From positions 22,630,001 to 22,694,000 of the forward strand of contig NC_043007.1 in the NCBI RefSeq assembly GCF_006345805.1: DNA of 64,000 nucleotides, given 5' to 3'. Position numbers and translations under genes: made by a program. The notes under the pieces were generated by a model, which was not told the origin of the DNA, did no database searches, and saw only the letters and a list, made by a program, of their open reading frames with translations. The stretch's first letter is position 1. Every line of letters starts with the position of its first letter. Origin of the DNA: Octopus sinensis. Taxonomy: Eukaryota. This document shows, one piece after another, positions 1-10,919 of this stretch.

Positions 1-1322
1 GTTCAGAGGACAAGTTCTAGGTAAGTAGAACGTAGGATATCGAGAGAGAGGTAATGCATGGTGAAATAGCGTATTGAATAGGGGGGGGTTCGGTGGTGGG
101 GGGTGCAGAAATATAGGGGAGCACCAGTGGGAGGGGTGGTTCAGAGGACAAGTTCTAGGTAATAGAACGTAGATATCGAGAGAGAGGTAATGCATGGTGA
201 AATAGCGTATTGAAGAGGGGGGGTTTCAAAGAGTAGACACCTATTGGTGGTGGGGGGGGTGCAGAAATATAGGGGAACACCAGTGGGAGGGGTGGTTCAG
301 AGGACAGGTTCTAGGCAAGTAGAACGTAGGATATCGAGAGAGGGGTAATGCATGGTGAAATAGCGTATTGAAGAGGGGGTTCAAAGAGTAGACACCTATA
401 TGGTGGTTGGGAGAAACGACATCCGGTATAGTTGGAGCAATAAGAGATATTCGTATTGGTGGTGGGGGTGGGTAGGGCGGCGCGCCGCGAAGAATCGGCA
501 GCCAACAGAATATGCAAAGACGAGGCGAGGCGAGGCTGAAATAGTAAACAGAGTGGCGTCTAGGGGATCAAAATAATAATTATAAATAATAATAATAAAT
601 AGAAATACGGGATAATTAAAGTTCAAGGATTTCTTATCTTGGGATCACTTCGTTTACGGACAGTCTTGGCAAAAGGAATTCGGAATCAAGAATGAGGCAG
701 CTTACTAGCTTAAGTATGCATAGGAGTCCAGACAGACAATGTAAAAAGAGGGGGAGAGAAGGGCGCGAAGAATCGGCAGCCAATTTCTATCAGCCCTGTA
801 AGGGAGAATAGATCTTAAATATTTATAACGATAACTAGTGAATTATACAGAATATGCAAAAACGAGGCGAGGCGAGGCTGAAATAGTAAACAGAGTGGCG
901 TCTAGGGGGATCAGAATAATAATAATTAATAAATAATAATAATAAATAGAAATACGGGATGAATTAAAGTTCAAGGATTCTTATCTTGGGATCACTTCGT
1001 TTACGGACAGTCCTTGGCAAAAGGATTCGGAATCAAGAATGAGGCAGCTTACTAGCTTAAGTATGCATAGGAGTCCAGACAGACAATGTAAAAAGAGGGG
1101 GAGAGAAGGGCGCGAAGAATCGGCAGCCAATTTCTATCAGCCCTGTAAGGGAGAATAGATCTTAAAATTTTATAACGATAACTAGTGAATTATACAGAAT
1201 ATGCAAAAACGAGGCGAGGCGAGGCTGAAATAGTAAACAGAGTGGCGTCTAGGGGATCAGAATAATAATAATTAATAAATAATAATAATAAATAGAAATA
1301 CGGGATGAATTAAAGTTCAAGG

Positions 1323-1327
<5 letters not shown>
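1..1327. repeat. Two sets of imperfect tandem duplications of an unidentified CpG-rich sequence
   Basis: gttcagaggaca recurs at 1, 139 and 295; cagaatatgcaaa recurs at 506, 848 and 1195. Copies differ mostly by 1-nt indels. Confidence 0.85.
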
Positions 1328-1385
<58 letters not shown>

Positions 1386-1410
1386 TATATATACAGAGAG
1401 AGAGAGAGGA
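1328..1410. repeat. (TA)n then (GA)n microsatellite
   Basis: Read directly. Confidence 0.95.
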
Positions 1411-1441
1411 AAAGAGAGAATTAAATAGGTTAAACATTTAC

Positions 1442-1463
1442 CAACTGAGATGTTTTCATATCC
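1442..1463 (-). CDS. PTPN12-like: Candidate 22-nt microexon (phase 0 to 1): GYENISV+G
   Basis: Strong acceptor ttttcttcttttttcag|GGA and donor TTG|gtaaat; phase matches the previous exon; repeats its YENI motif. Confidence 0.65.
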
Positions 1464-1640
1464 CTGAAAAAAGAAGAAAAATCATAATTAGAAGAGAACC
1501 TTCATTTACAATAATTGTCATTAATATAGTCAAGATATAGGGTAGAGTATGAAAGAGTATATATATATATATATATATAATGCATGCAGAAATTATATAT
1601 ATATATGTATAGAAATATGTGTATAGTATACATGGAGATG

Positions 1641-1898
1641 GGAGGTGCAATGGCCCAGTGGTTAGGGCAGCGGACTCGCATTCGGAGGATCGCGGTTTCG
1701 ATTCCCAGACCGAGCGTTTATTGAGCGAAAAACACTTAAAGCTCCACGAGTCTCCGGCAGGAGGTGGTGGCGACCCCTGTTGTACTCTTCGGCCCCAACT
1801 TTCTCTCACTCTTTCTTTCTGTTTCTTGAGTAATGCTGCGATGGACTGGCGTCCCGTCCAGCTGGTGGAGGAGGGGAACACATACGCCACAGAAACCG
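1641..1898 (+). mobile_element. tRNA-derived SINE, family C (head GGAGGCGCAATGGCCCAGTGGTTAGGGCAGCGGACTC)
   Basis: A-box and B-box-like head. Homologous copies at 7131-7423 (-), 28122-28312 (+) and 46246-46349 (-); C-type tail at about 45545-45630. Confidence 0.8.
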
Positions 1899-2257
1899 TT
1901 TCAGTCATTTGACTGTGGCCATACTGGAGCACTGCCTTTAGCTGAGCAAATCGACCCCAGGACTTATTTTTTGTAAGCCGAGTACTTATTCTATCATCCC
2001 CTTTTGCCGAACCGCTAAGTTACGGGGACATAAACACACCAGCATCGGTTGTCAGGCGATGTTGGGGGGACAAACACCGATACATAAACATATTCACACA
2101 CACATACATATATATGGTAGATGGGCTTCTTTCAGTTTCCATCTACCAAATTCACTCATAAGGCTTTGGTTGGCCCGAAGCTATAGCAGAAGACACTTGC
2201 CCAAGGTGCCACGCAGCGGAACTGAACCCAGAAACATGTGGTGCCACTCCTGCACCT
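1898..2257 (-). mobile_element. tRNA-derived SINE, family A (head GGAGTGGCTGTGTGGTAAG, CCTTGGGCAAGTGTCTT core, internal (TA)/(TG)n, tail GACTGAAACAAGTAAAAGAG)
   Basis: Same sequence recurs about 20 times in the window. Confidence 0.8.
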
Positions 2258-2407
2258 ATGATAATTTTTTGTTCTAACATGGGAGTCCAGTGGAATAAAG
2301 TAGGAGTCAAAGATATCCAGACACAAAGAATGGTTGAGGACCACTGATCTATGACATAAAACCTTAATACCAAGAAAAACAACAACAAAAACCATTAAAC
2401 AACTTAC

Positions 2408-2545
2408 AGGGTCATCAAGATCACTGGACTTGGACATGCTGATGGTCTCGTAGACATTTATATTTTCATAGTGACTGATTCCCATCCCTTTCAAATGGTT
2501 CTTGAAAATTTGCCGCACCACATAATGTGCGAGTTGGTATTGATC
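2408..2545 (-). CDS. PTPN12-like: PTP exon (138 nt, phase 0 to 0): DQYQLAHYVVRQIFKNHLKGMGISHYENINVYETISMSKSSDLDDP; end of catalytic domain
   Basis: Acceptor ctcttctcttcacag|GAT, donor CCT|gtaagt; QY follows the Q-loop as expected. Confidence 0.88.
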
Positions 2546-2582
2546 CTGTGAAGAGAAGAGCAAAATGCACAGGTAAGAACAA

Positions 2583-2685
2583 GAGATTATCACAGATATA
2601 TGATGTTAAATGCAGGAGATTATCTCAGATATATGATGCTAAATGCAGGAGATTATCACAGGTATATGGTGTTAAATGCAGGAGA
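2583..2685. repeat. 33-bp tandem repeat (3 units plus a remnant at about 3249-3285) just upstream of the 2545 exon acceptor
   Basis: Unit gagattatcacagatatatgatgttaaatgcag at 2583, 2616 and 2649. Confidence 0.85.
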
Positions 2686-3248
2686 AGCCAAATGAAACCA
2701 TAACCTCTTGGCCTACGCCAGGGGTGTAACCAGCCCACTTATGCGTACATTTCCTTCATTGGACACTAAACTCTGCTTGCGAAGACCTGTTGAGGCAAGT
2801 GAAATAGAAATCGAAATCAAATTCGATGACTGGCATCCGTGCTAGTGGAGCGCTAAGAGCACCATCCAAGCATGATCATTGCCAGAGTGGCTAACTGGCT
2901 TCCAAGCCGGTGGCATGTAAAAAGCACCATTTGAGCGTGATCATTACCAGCGTCGCCTTACTGGCACTTGTGCCGGTGGCATGTGAAAAAACATTTGAGC
3001 GAGGTTGTTGCCAGTGCTGGTGGACTGGCTCCTGTGTAGCTGGCACGTAAAAAACACCATTTGAGCGTGGCTGTTACCAGTACTGACTGGCCCTCTTGGA
3101 GTGGTTGGCGTTAGGAAGAGCATCCAGGTGTAGAAATTCTGCCAGATCAGATTGGAGCCTGGTGCAGCCATCTGGTTTGCCAGTCCTCAGTCAAATCGTA
3201 TAACCCGTACTAGCATGGAAAGCAGGTGTTAAATGATGATGATAATGA
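2686..3248 (+). mobile_element. RTE-type LINE 3' UTR fragment (family D) with (GAT)n tail
   Basis: Internal gccggtggcatgtaaaaagcacc subrepeats; flanked by tgttaaatgcaggaga at 2670-2685 and 3249-3264. Other D copies at about 8096-8363(+), 11983-12217(-), 18452-18775(-), 37655-37865(-), 38317-38505(-), 40922-41104(-), 43305-43812(+), 48606-49095(-) and 56268-56420(+). Confidence 0.75.
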
Positions 3249-3293
3249 TGTTAAATGCAGGAGATTATCTCATATAATATGATGTCAGTCAGT

Positions 3294-3617
3294 GAAGATA
3301 TGTGGCTAATGGTTAGGGTATTTGGCTCACGATCATAATGATCATGAGTTCAATTCCTGGTGGTATGCTGTGCCCTTGAGCAAGACACTTTATTTCTTGT
3401 TGCTCCAGTTCACTCAGCTGGCAAAAAGGAACTGTACCGGTAACTCAAAGGGCCAGCCTTGTCACATTCTGTGTCACACTGAATCTCCCTGAGATATATG
3501 TTAAGGGTATGCACGTCTGTGGAATACTCAGCCACTTGCATGTTAATTTCACAAGCTGGCTATTCTGTTGATTGGATCAACTGGAACGCTCAACATTGTC
3601 ACAACCAATGAAGTGCC
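3294..3617 (+). mobile_element. tRNA-derived SINE, family E (TGTCCTTGAGCAAGACACTTTA core)
   Basis: Homologous copies at 33963-34272(-), about 6215-6500(-, two partial), 38565-38700(+), 45394-45545(+) and about 47600-47960(-). Confidence 0.7.
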
Positions 3618-3693
3618 AGAGTGAGGCGGTAGACTGCCTCAGACAGAGCAATGATGCTCGATGCAGTAACATTAATATCAGAAAGATACTTAC

Positions 3694-3771
3694 AGGAGTT
3701 TGAACCATTGACTGTCGCTGGGTTCTCATAAATTTAATAATTTCACAAAGGCTAAAGTCTGGAGTGATTTT
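3694..3771 (-). CDS. PTPN12-like: PTP exon (78 nt, phase 0 to 0): KITPDFSLCEIIKFMRTQRQSMVQTP; Q-loop
   Basis: Acceptor ttgtgtctttgcag|AAA, donor CCT|gtaagt. Confidence 0.93.
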
Positions 3772-3946
3772 CTGCAAAGACACAATAAAAATGTAAAATT
3801 GATGGAGAATTTCAGACAAAATAGTTCCACTTTACGACACTGAAATAAAAATAATATCTTTTTTCTTTCTTCTATAGGCATGAAGCCTGTTGGGAGGCGG
3901 GGGAAAATCAATTACATGGACTCCAATGGTACTTATTTTATCATAA

Positions 3947-4359
3947 GGCGGCGAGCTGGCAGAAACGTTAGCATGCCGGGCGAAATACGTAGCCGTATTT
4001 CGTCTGCTGTTACGTTCTGAGTTCAAATTCCGCCGAGGTCGGCTTTGCCTTTCATCCTTACGGGGTTGATAAATTAAGTACCAGTTATGCACTGGGGTCG
4101 ATATAATCAACTTAATCCGTTTGACCTTGTTTGTCCTCTCTGTGTTTAGCCCCTTGTGGGTAGTAAAGAAATAGGTATTTCGTCTGCCATTACGTTCTGA
4201 GTTCAAATTCTTCCGAGGTCGACTTTGCCTTTCATCCTTTCGGGGTCGATAAATTAAGTACCAGTTACGCACTGGGGGTCGATGTAATTGACTTAATCCA
4301 TTTGTCTGTCCTTGTTTGTCCCCTCTGTGTTTAGCCCCTTGTGGGTAGTAAAGAAATAG
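3947..4359 (+). mobile_element. SINE family B dimer (one GGCGGCGAGCTGGCAG head plus two bodies)
   Basis: Junction AAAGAAATAG|GTATTTCG at 4174/4175; flanks ggtacttattttatca and ggtactcattttatca form a TSD with one mismatch. Confidence 0.85.
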
Positions 4360-4722
4360 GTACTCATTTTATCAAAGTTAACCTCAAACATAAAGCCACG
4401 AGAGATGTTGCTATGCATTTAGTCCAGCATGGCAACAATTCTGCAAGATTGTTGACTTTAATAGTAGCAATACTAATAGAAAGAACACGGATGACTAATT
4501 TAATAGGGCACTGTATAACTAGCTGAGAATTTGAGAAGACACATTATTATTAACAAGAGTCATAGATTTTATGGATAAAATCCAGTTTTAAAAAGTCAAT
4601 TGACCTACTTGCATAAATTTGCAGTCCAACATAATTCAATTTCTGGTCTGCAATAGGTGTGCTATTTTCTCACTGCCTTTTCTACTGTCATTGCTATAAT
4701 GACCTCTGCTCTTTTAACTATT

Positions 4723-5256
4723 TATTTCTTTGTTGCCCACAGGGGGACTAAACATAGAGGAGACAAACAAGGACAGGCAGGGATTAAGTCGATTATATCT
4801 ATCCCAGTGCGTAACTGGTACTTATTTAATCGATCCCGAAAGGATGAAAGGCAAAATGGACCTCAGCGGAATTTGAACTCAGAACGTAGCGGCAGAGGAA
4901 ATACCTATTTCTTTACTACCCACAAGGGGCTAAACACAGAGAGGACAAACAAGGACAGACACACGGATTAAGTCGATTACATCAACCCCAGTGCATAACT
5001 GGTACTTATGTAATCAACCCCGAAAGGATGAAAGGCAAAGTCAACCTCGGCGGAATTTGAACTCAGAACGTAACGGCAGACTAAATACCTATTTCTTTAC
5101 TACCCACAAGGGGCTACACAGAGAAGACAAACAAGGACAGACAAACAGATTAAGTCGATTACATCAACCCCAGTGCATAACTGGTACTTATTTAATCGAC
5201 CATGAAAGGATGAAAGGCAAAGTCGACCTCGGCGGAATTTGAACTCAGAACGTAAC
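4723..5256 (-). mobile_element. SINE family B trimer (headless)
   Basis: Three bodies with junctions at 4904/4905 and 5088/5089. Confidence 0.85.
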
Positions 5257-5388
5257 GATGATGATGATGATGATGATGATGAAGCCTCTCCTACTGAGTT
5301 ATTTCCGATTTCTGTGTAAGCTGAACTAAATTTTCTAAGAGTAAATAAAAAGAGTGTAACCAAAGATATCCAAATTTTTAATACTCAC

Positions 5389-5455
5389 ATTTGATTTCAG
5401 CAGATTCTGAGCAAAATCTATGGCACAAATAGTTCCAGTTCGTCCACAGCCAGCA
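5389..5455 (-). CDS. PTPN12-like: PTP exon (67 nt, phase 2 to 0): (S)AGCGRTGTICAIDFAQNLLKSN; P-loop
   Basis: Acceptor ctctctttcttgtctttag|TGCTGG, donor AAT|gtgagt; completes HCSAGCGRTG. Confidence 0.95.
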
Positions 5456-5594
5456 CTAAAGACAAGAAAGAGAGAAAGCACAGATCAAAGTCACTGTAGA
5501 CTACATATCATAGGAACAGCATTTTAAGTGAAGAAGAAGAAAGTGTCTAAGAACAGAAAGATAGATATACTTCATACATCATCATGTCTTTTAA

Positions 5595-5815
5595 CCCTTT
5601 CATTACTGTGTTTGTTTTAAGATTCTCTGTGCTTCTTTCAATTACTTTAAATATAACAAAATATTTAGCAAAATAACTTAGTTACCATTAAGCTAGTGTT
5701 AGGAACGTAAATTGGGACTAAGATTTGGTGGAAGATTTTAATTCAAAACTTATGAAAACAAAACATTTGTACTACAGAGCCAGAGTCAGTTTCAGCCGGG
5801 TTGGTAACGAAAGGG
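5595..5815. mobile_element. piggyBac-like MITE
   Basis: TTAA on both sides (5591-5594, 5816-5819); TIR CCCTTTCATTAC / GTAACGAAAGGG. Confidence 0.75.
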
Positions 5816-6656
5816 TTAATCTCTTTCAGTCATTCACATGTCAAGTTAATATTACTATCATTAACCCCTTTAAATTATTTCCTAGTTAAAAGAAAAATAC
5901 AAAAAACACAGAGCAAGTAATCTGGGAACCCCACCTTCAAGGTGGCCTTTTCATTCCCTCATTAACTGGGTTAACTTTATATCCTCCACAAATAGAGCTT
6001 AATTTTACAAGCTCCACCGAAAAGGTAAATTTCAGAGTTCACCTTAGAAGTTTTGGATTTCAGGAATGTCTCTCAAATAACTTAACAACAGGGGTTGCAA
6101 TTTTGCAATTGGTAAGTCCCTAAATCCCTTGGAGGTCTTTGTGGGGCTGCAGCCATGCAACATATTTAGAGTGAGAAAGCCTGATGGAGCCCATCCCTCC
6201 CCAGGCTAAATTTCTCCATTTCTGCAGCTGAGTGGACTGGAGCAACGTGAAATGAAGTGTTTTGCTCAAGAACACAATGGATTGCCCGGTCCAGGGATCA
6301 AAACCAGAATCTTACACCCTGATCACTAGAGTGACACGCCTCCACTAGTGGTACTCATTTCTACAGCTGAGTGGACTGGAACAACGTGAAATAAAGTGTT
6401 TTGCTCAAGAACACAATTCATTGCCCCAGTCCATCCAGGAATTGAAACCACAATCTTACAATCATGAGCCCAACACCCTAACCACTAAACCATGTGCCCC
6501 CATGGTTACAGTTTAGGCCCCACCAACTGTGGTTTCATTCAAGGATTTGTCAACAGGTGTTGCATTTTAAACCTCAGTAAAAGGGGTTACTTTTCAAGCT
6601 AAAATGCCCGTGTGTTTTGATCACTGGCACATGGAAGTCGAACAAAAATCAGTTAC

Positions 6657-6865
6657 CTGCAATGGACAACCACTGGAACATGTGGCCTCACTCGTTCTCC
6701 TAACATCTGGATGGTCTGCAAGATAGAAGTTTGGTCCTCGACATCTGGCACACCATGGTCAGGCCATTCAGCGAGATGAAGTTGGGTGATATGTTGTACA
6801 GTGTCCCCTTGGGTAGCGGTCATCTGGCGCACAATGAAGTCGGATGAGTGCTTGATTTCATTGAT
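6657..6865 (-). CDS. PTPN12-like: PTP exon (209 nt, phase 0 to 2): INEIKHSSDF...WPDHGVP...VPVVVHC; WPD loop and catalytic Cys
   Basis: Acceptor gtttgttaatcctcag|ATC, donor GCAG|gtaact; within ORF 6653..6967. Confidence 0.95.
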
Positions 6866-7130
6866 CTGAGGATTAACAAACAACAAGATGAAGGGGCTGT
6901 GAGCCTTTGGAAAATTTCTACATGTGGAAACTTGCTTGGCTGCACCTGTAACAGTTGCAGAATTCATACAGGTGTATACTTACCTGATGTATACTATAAA
7001 TGTAGAAAGACACAGAGTTACACTTTCAGTGAGAGAAAAGATCAGGCAGAGACAAACGCACACATACATATATACATACACCACTGTACATATATACATA
7101 CATATATATATGTATATAAATGATAAACGT

Positions 7131-7423
7131 CGCCCTTTTCAAGCCTAGCCAGGCTCATGGGCCTGGTTTCTGTGGCGTATGTGTTCCCCCCAGGTGGACG
7201 GGATGCCAGTCCATCGCAGCATTACTCAAGAAACAGTAAGAGAGAGTGAGAGAAACTTAGGGCGAAAGAGTACAACAGGGGTCGCCACCACCCCCTGCAG
7301 GAACCTCGTGGAGCTTTTAGGTGTTTTTGCTCAATAAACACACACAACGCCCAGTCTGGGAATAGAAACAGCAATCCTCCAACCGCGAGTCCGCTGCCCT
7401 AACCACTGGGCCATTGCGCCTCC
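7131..7423 (-). mobile_element. SINE family C, near full length
   Basis: Reverse complement of the 1641 copy, plus 3' tail. Confidence 0.8.
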
Positions 7424-8894
7424 ATATATGTATATACATACGGCTGTAGAAAGCTTGCCACACGCATAGCGCCATGCATATGTGCATACATTTTAGTAGG
7501 CGTGGGCATGGCTGTGTGGTTAGGGAGCTTGCTTCCTAACTACATGGTTTCGGGTTCAGTCCCACTGGGTGGCACTTTGGGTAGGTGTCTTCCACTATAG
7601 CCCCGAGCTGACCGAAGCTTTGTGATTGAATTCGGTAGGCGGAAGTTACTGCCGTGTGTGTATGTGTTCGTGTAGGTGCTTGTGCCTCACCGAAAGAGAG
7701 AGAGGGATACATATATACACACACACACACACATATACACATATTTGCAAACAGAGACACACATACATACATACACAGACATGTATTCTGGGTGTGATTT
7801 CATTTTACTATGTTTTAACTATAACTTTCCTGCCAAATCTGTAGCTCTGTGACAATGTTAAAGGGGGGAAAAAAAAAAGAAGAAAATCACCAACACCTGC
7901 ATCATCATCATCAACAGAGTGACATGAATGTTGGGATGTTACTGATAGCATATAGTTAAGAGTCAATGAGCTTAAATCTTTACACTTATTTTTCTATTTG
8001 ACTGGTCACATTTTGGTACTATATCTTGTTGGTTGCGATCAGTTACCATCTTTGCTCTTTCTCGTGCCTGCTCCAATTATTCTGTTTTCGCACTACCTGT
8101 GCTGGTGGCATGTGTAAAAAGATTTGAGCGAGGTCATTGCCAGTATCGCCTGACTGGCCCCTGTGCCGGTGACACATAAAAAGCACCTACTACACTCTCG
8201 GAGTGGTTAGCGTTAGGACGGGCATCCAGCTGTAGAAACTCTGCCAGATCAAGATTGGAGCTTGGTGCGGCCATCTGGTTCGCCAGCCCTCAGTCAAAAT
8301 CGTCCAACCCATGCTAGCATGGAAAGCGGACGTTAAACGATGATGATGATGATGATGATGATGTACTCAGAGGGGAGCCCTTGTAGCGACACAAGCAGTC
8401 AGCACCATATTGGATGAGATCTTGCAGCCACCATTGCCATCTCTGAGATAGGAGCAAGACCTCACCTGCATCCGTTTGCCATGCGCGAGATCACAACGAG
8501 CAAACTGGATATAAGGGCCCAACAAAACAGATTCTATTTCTTCTTCACTGCAAGCGTTTGCTGGACACACTTCGCTGGCTGGGTCTCCAGGGTAGTCCTG
8601 TCTGCATGTTGTATCTCCAGAGGCAATGGGCCCGCGTTAACGGAGATACAACGAGACGCACACAGCTTGAGATAGTATACTGAGGGCAACACACTTCATT
8701 TATTCTGTGTAACTTGTAAATAAACTGGTTGTGAATTGCATTTTTACTTAAGACTTCTTTCCTCGCCTGCTGGAGCCTGAAACAACACAAAGAACAATTT
8801 TAATGGGAGAAGGCGATAGTCATCCGATATCTTGAACCTTGCCTCCCATTATAAATCCATTTCCCTTAATCAAGATAGAGGAGACAGTACTTAC

Positions 8895-8963
8895 CAATTT
8901 AACTTCAATGTTGCCAAATAACTTGCCTTCACTGTCTTTAGGCCAATATCGCTCACATTTTGG
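8895..8963 (-). CDS. PTPN12-like: PTP exon (69 nt, phase 0 to 0): PKCERYWPKDSEGKLFGNIEVKL
   Basis: Acceptor cctttctttctttacag|CCA, donor TTG|gtaagt; KCxxYWP motif. Confidence 0.93.
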
Positions 8964-9363
8964 CTGTAAAGAAAGAAAGGAGGAAACTGACTGTAATTTT
9001 AATGATGTAAAGGATGCTGGGGAGACAGAATGAAGAAATAAATCCAGAGAAGATGAGAAATCAAGGGATTAGATAAGGATCAAAGTTAGTTATATCATTT
9101 CTTCCACACCATTTTACATTCACTTTTCCATGCTTGCGTGGGTCAGATGGGATTTGTTGAGGCAAATTTTCTACAACTGTCACTTTCACCCCTTTCCGGG
9201 AAAGGTAATTTTCCCCATGGCCAGACATGTTTTCACATGGATGAGTGGAAATGAACAACATTACTTTTTATGATGGTAATGCTTGTTTACAACCATCATG
9301 TGATGTCAAGAGAAGGGTATGTGTACACAAACATACAAATATGCATGCACATTTGCTACTTTC

Positions 9364-9812
9364 CTATTTCTTTATTGCCCACAAGGGGCTAAACATAGAG
9401 GGGACAAACAAGGACAGACAAACGGATTAAGTCGATTACATCGACCCCAGTGCGTAACTGGTACTTAATTTATTGACCCTGAGAGGATGAAAGGTAAAGT
9501 TGACCTCGGCAGAATTTGAACTCAGAACGTAACGGCAGACAAAATACCACTAAGCATTTTGCCTGGTGTGCTAATGTTTCTTATTTCTTTATTGCCCACA
9601 AGGGGCTAAAGATAGAGGGGACAAACAAGGACTGATAAAGGGATTAAGTTGATTACATCGACACCAGTGCATAACTGGTACTTAATTTATCGGCCCTGAA
9701 AGGATGAAAGGCAAAGTTGACCTCAGCGGAATTTGAACTCAGAACGTAGTGGCAGATGAAATACCGCTAAGCACTTTGCCCAGCGTGCTAACATTTCTGC
9801 CAGCTCGCCGCC
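9364..9812 (-). mobile_element. SINE family B, two adjacent CpG-decayed copies
   Basis: Body and head motifs shared with the 3947 copy; junction differs from the recurring one. Confidence 0.8.
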
Positions 9813-10227
9813 TTTTGCTAGTATCCATCTAGCAAATCCACTCACAAAGCTTTGGTCAGTCTGAAGTTATTAGAAGAATACACTTGCTTTAGGTGCTGTG
9901 CAGCAAGACTGAACTCAAGACCACATGGTTGGGAAGCAAACTTCCGAACCACGCAACCATGCTTGCACCTATAGGACTAGATATTTGCAATACCAATTCT
10001 CTCGTCTCATTTTCATGCAAGCAAGATAAGCACTATGATGTGGTTGCATCAGAGTTCACTGTCGTACGCAGATAGCAAGGAGACTGAGAACTGCCTTCAA
10101 AAGCACAGAATTCAAAAGCTCCCAAATCAAGAAAAAAAGGAATAGCTTACCATTCATGTTGGGTAGTTGAGTGGAGTTAAAAATGATCCTGATTTTAGCC
10201 CCTTACTCATGCAACAACAACAATATA

Positions 10228-10757
10228 TTGGGCTGTCCGTAAAGTTTGTGTCGATTTTTAAAGGAAAGAAAAAGTTCAATAAATACTTGCCATTACATTT
10301 TTAATCAACCAAATATGAAACATTTTGTTGCACAATACATCTCCACCTTGCCTTTAACTTGAAAATACCCTCTTCCCAGAATTGGGGTGGTTTCATGGCA
10401 AAGAATTCATCAAGGTATCTTTTTACGTCATCCAAGGAATTGAAATTTTTACCATTAAGATTATTCTGCAGAGACCTGAATAAGTGGAAATCTGAAGGAG
10501 CAATATCTGAGCTGCAGCAATTTTTGTCTGGCTCCCAAAGCATCAAGTGCCGAAAATGAACTTTCTTATCTTCCATTTTAAAGGGTTACAGAATTCACAC
10601 AGATTATAGGAACATAAACCTTCTTCCACGAAAAGATAGCTTAAACTGTGCTCTAAATGGAGGTGTAGTCAAATCCTATTTTATGACTCAACCATGTTCT
10701 AAAATAAGTCGAAATGTAAGCTACTATAAATCGGCACAAACTTTCCGGACAACCCAA
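10228..10757 (-). mobile_element. Internally deleted mariner transposon
   Basis: About 30-bp TIRs (ttgggctgtccgtaaagtttgtgtcgattt / aaatcggcacaaactttccggacaacccaa) with TA flanks. ORF 10301..10576 joins a mariner N-terminus (MEDKKVHFRHLML) to the C-terminal DIAPSDFHLFRSLQN...RWRCIV region. Confidence 0.9.
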
Positions 10758-10784
10758 TAGAACAGAGATGGAATTTGACCTTAC

Positions 10785-10919
10785 CTTGTTACCTTCTTCT
10801 TCCTTACAGCCCATCACAACAGTTTCAACATCTAGTTCCATTATCATTCGCCAAAAATCTGCAACTGTGTTTGGTAATGGTCCTTGGCAGGCAATATATC
10901 CATGGCCACTAACTGCAGA
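10785..10919 (-). CDS. PTPN12-like: PTP exon (135 nt, phase 0 to 0): SAVSGHGYIACQGPLPNTVADFWRMIMELDVETVVMGCKEEEGNK
   Basis: Acceptor ggattcttctag|TCT, donor AAG|gtaagg; QGP and DFWRM motifs. Confidence 0.93.

Noticed and set aside
1641-1720. tRNA-like heads with A and B boxes, here and in other SINEs
   Set aside because: They run directly into SINE bodies and lack a complete cloverleaf, so I did not call them tRNA genes.
8380-8745. GC-richer intron segment with faint similarity to a CR1/L2-type LINE 3' end (HPFAM...FF..W)
   Set aside because: Too degenerate to call by eye, and the PTP exons on either side already splice in frame without it.
10908-10919. Alternative AG acceptors 7 and 11 nt inside exon 10785-10919
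   Set aside because: Both would frameshift the catalytic domain; the upstream TAG keeps the frame.
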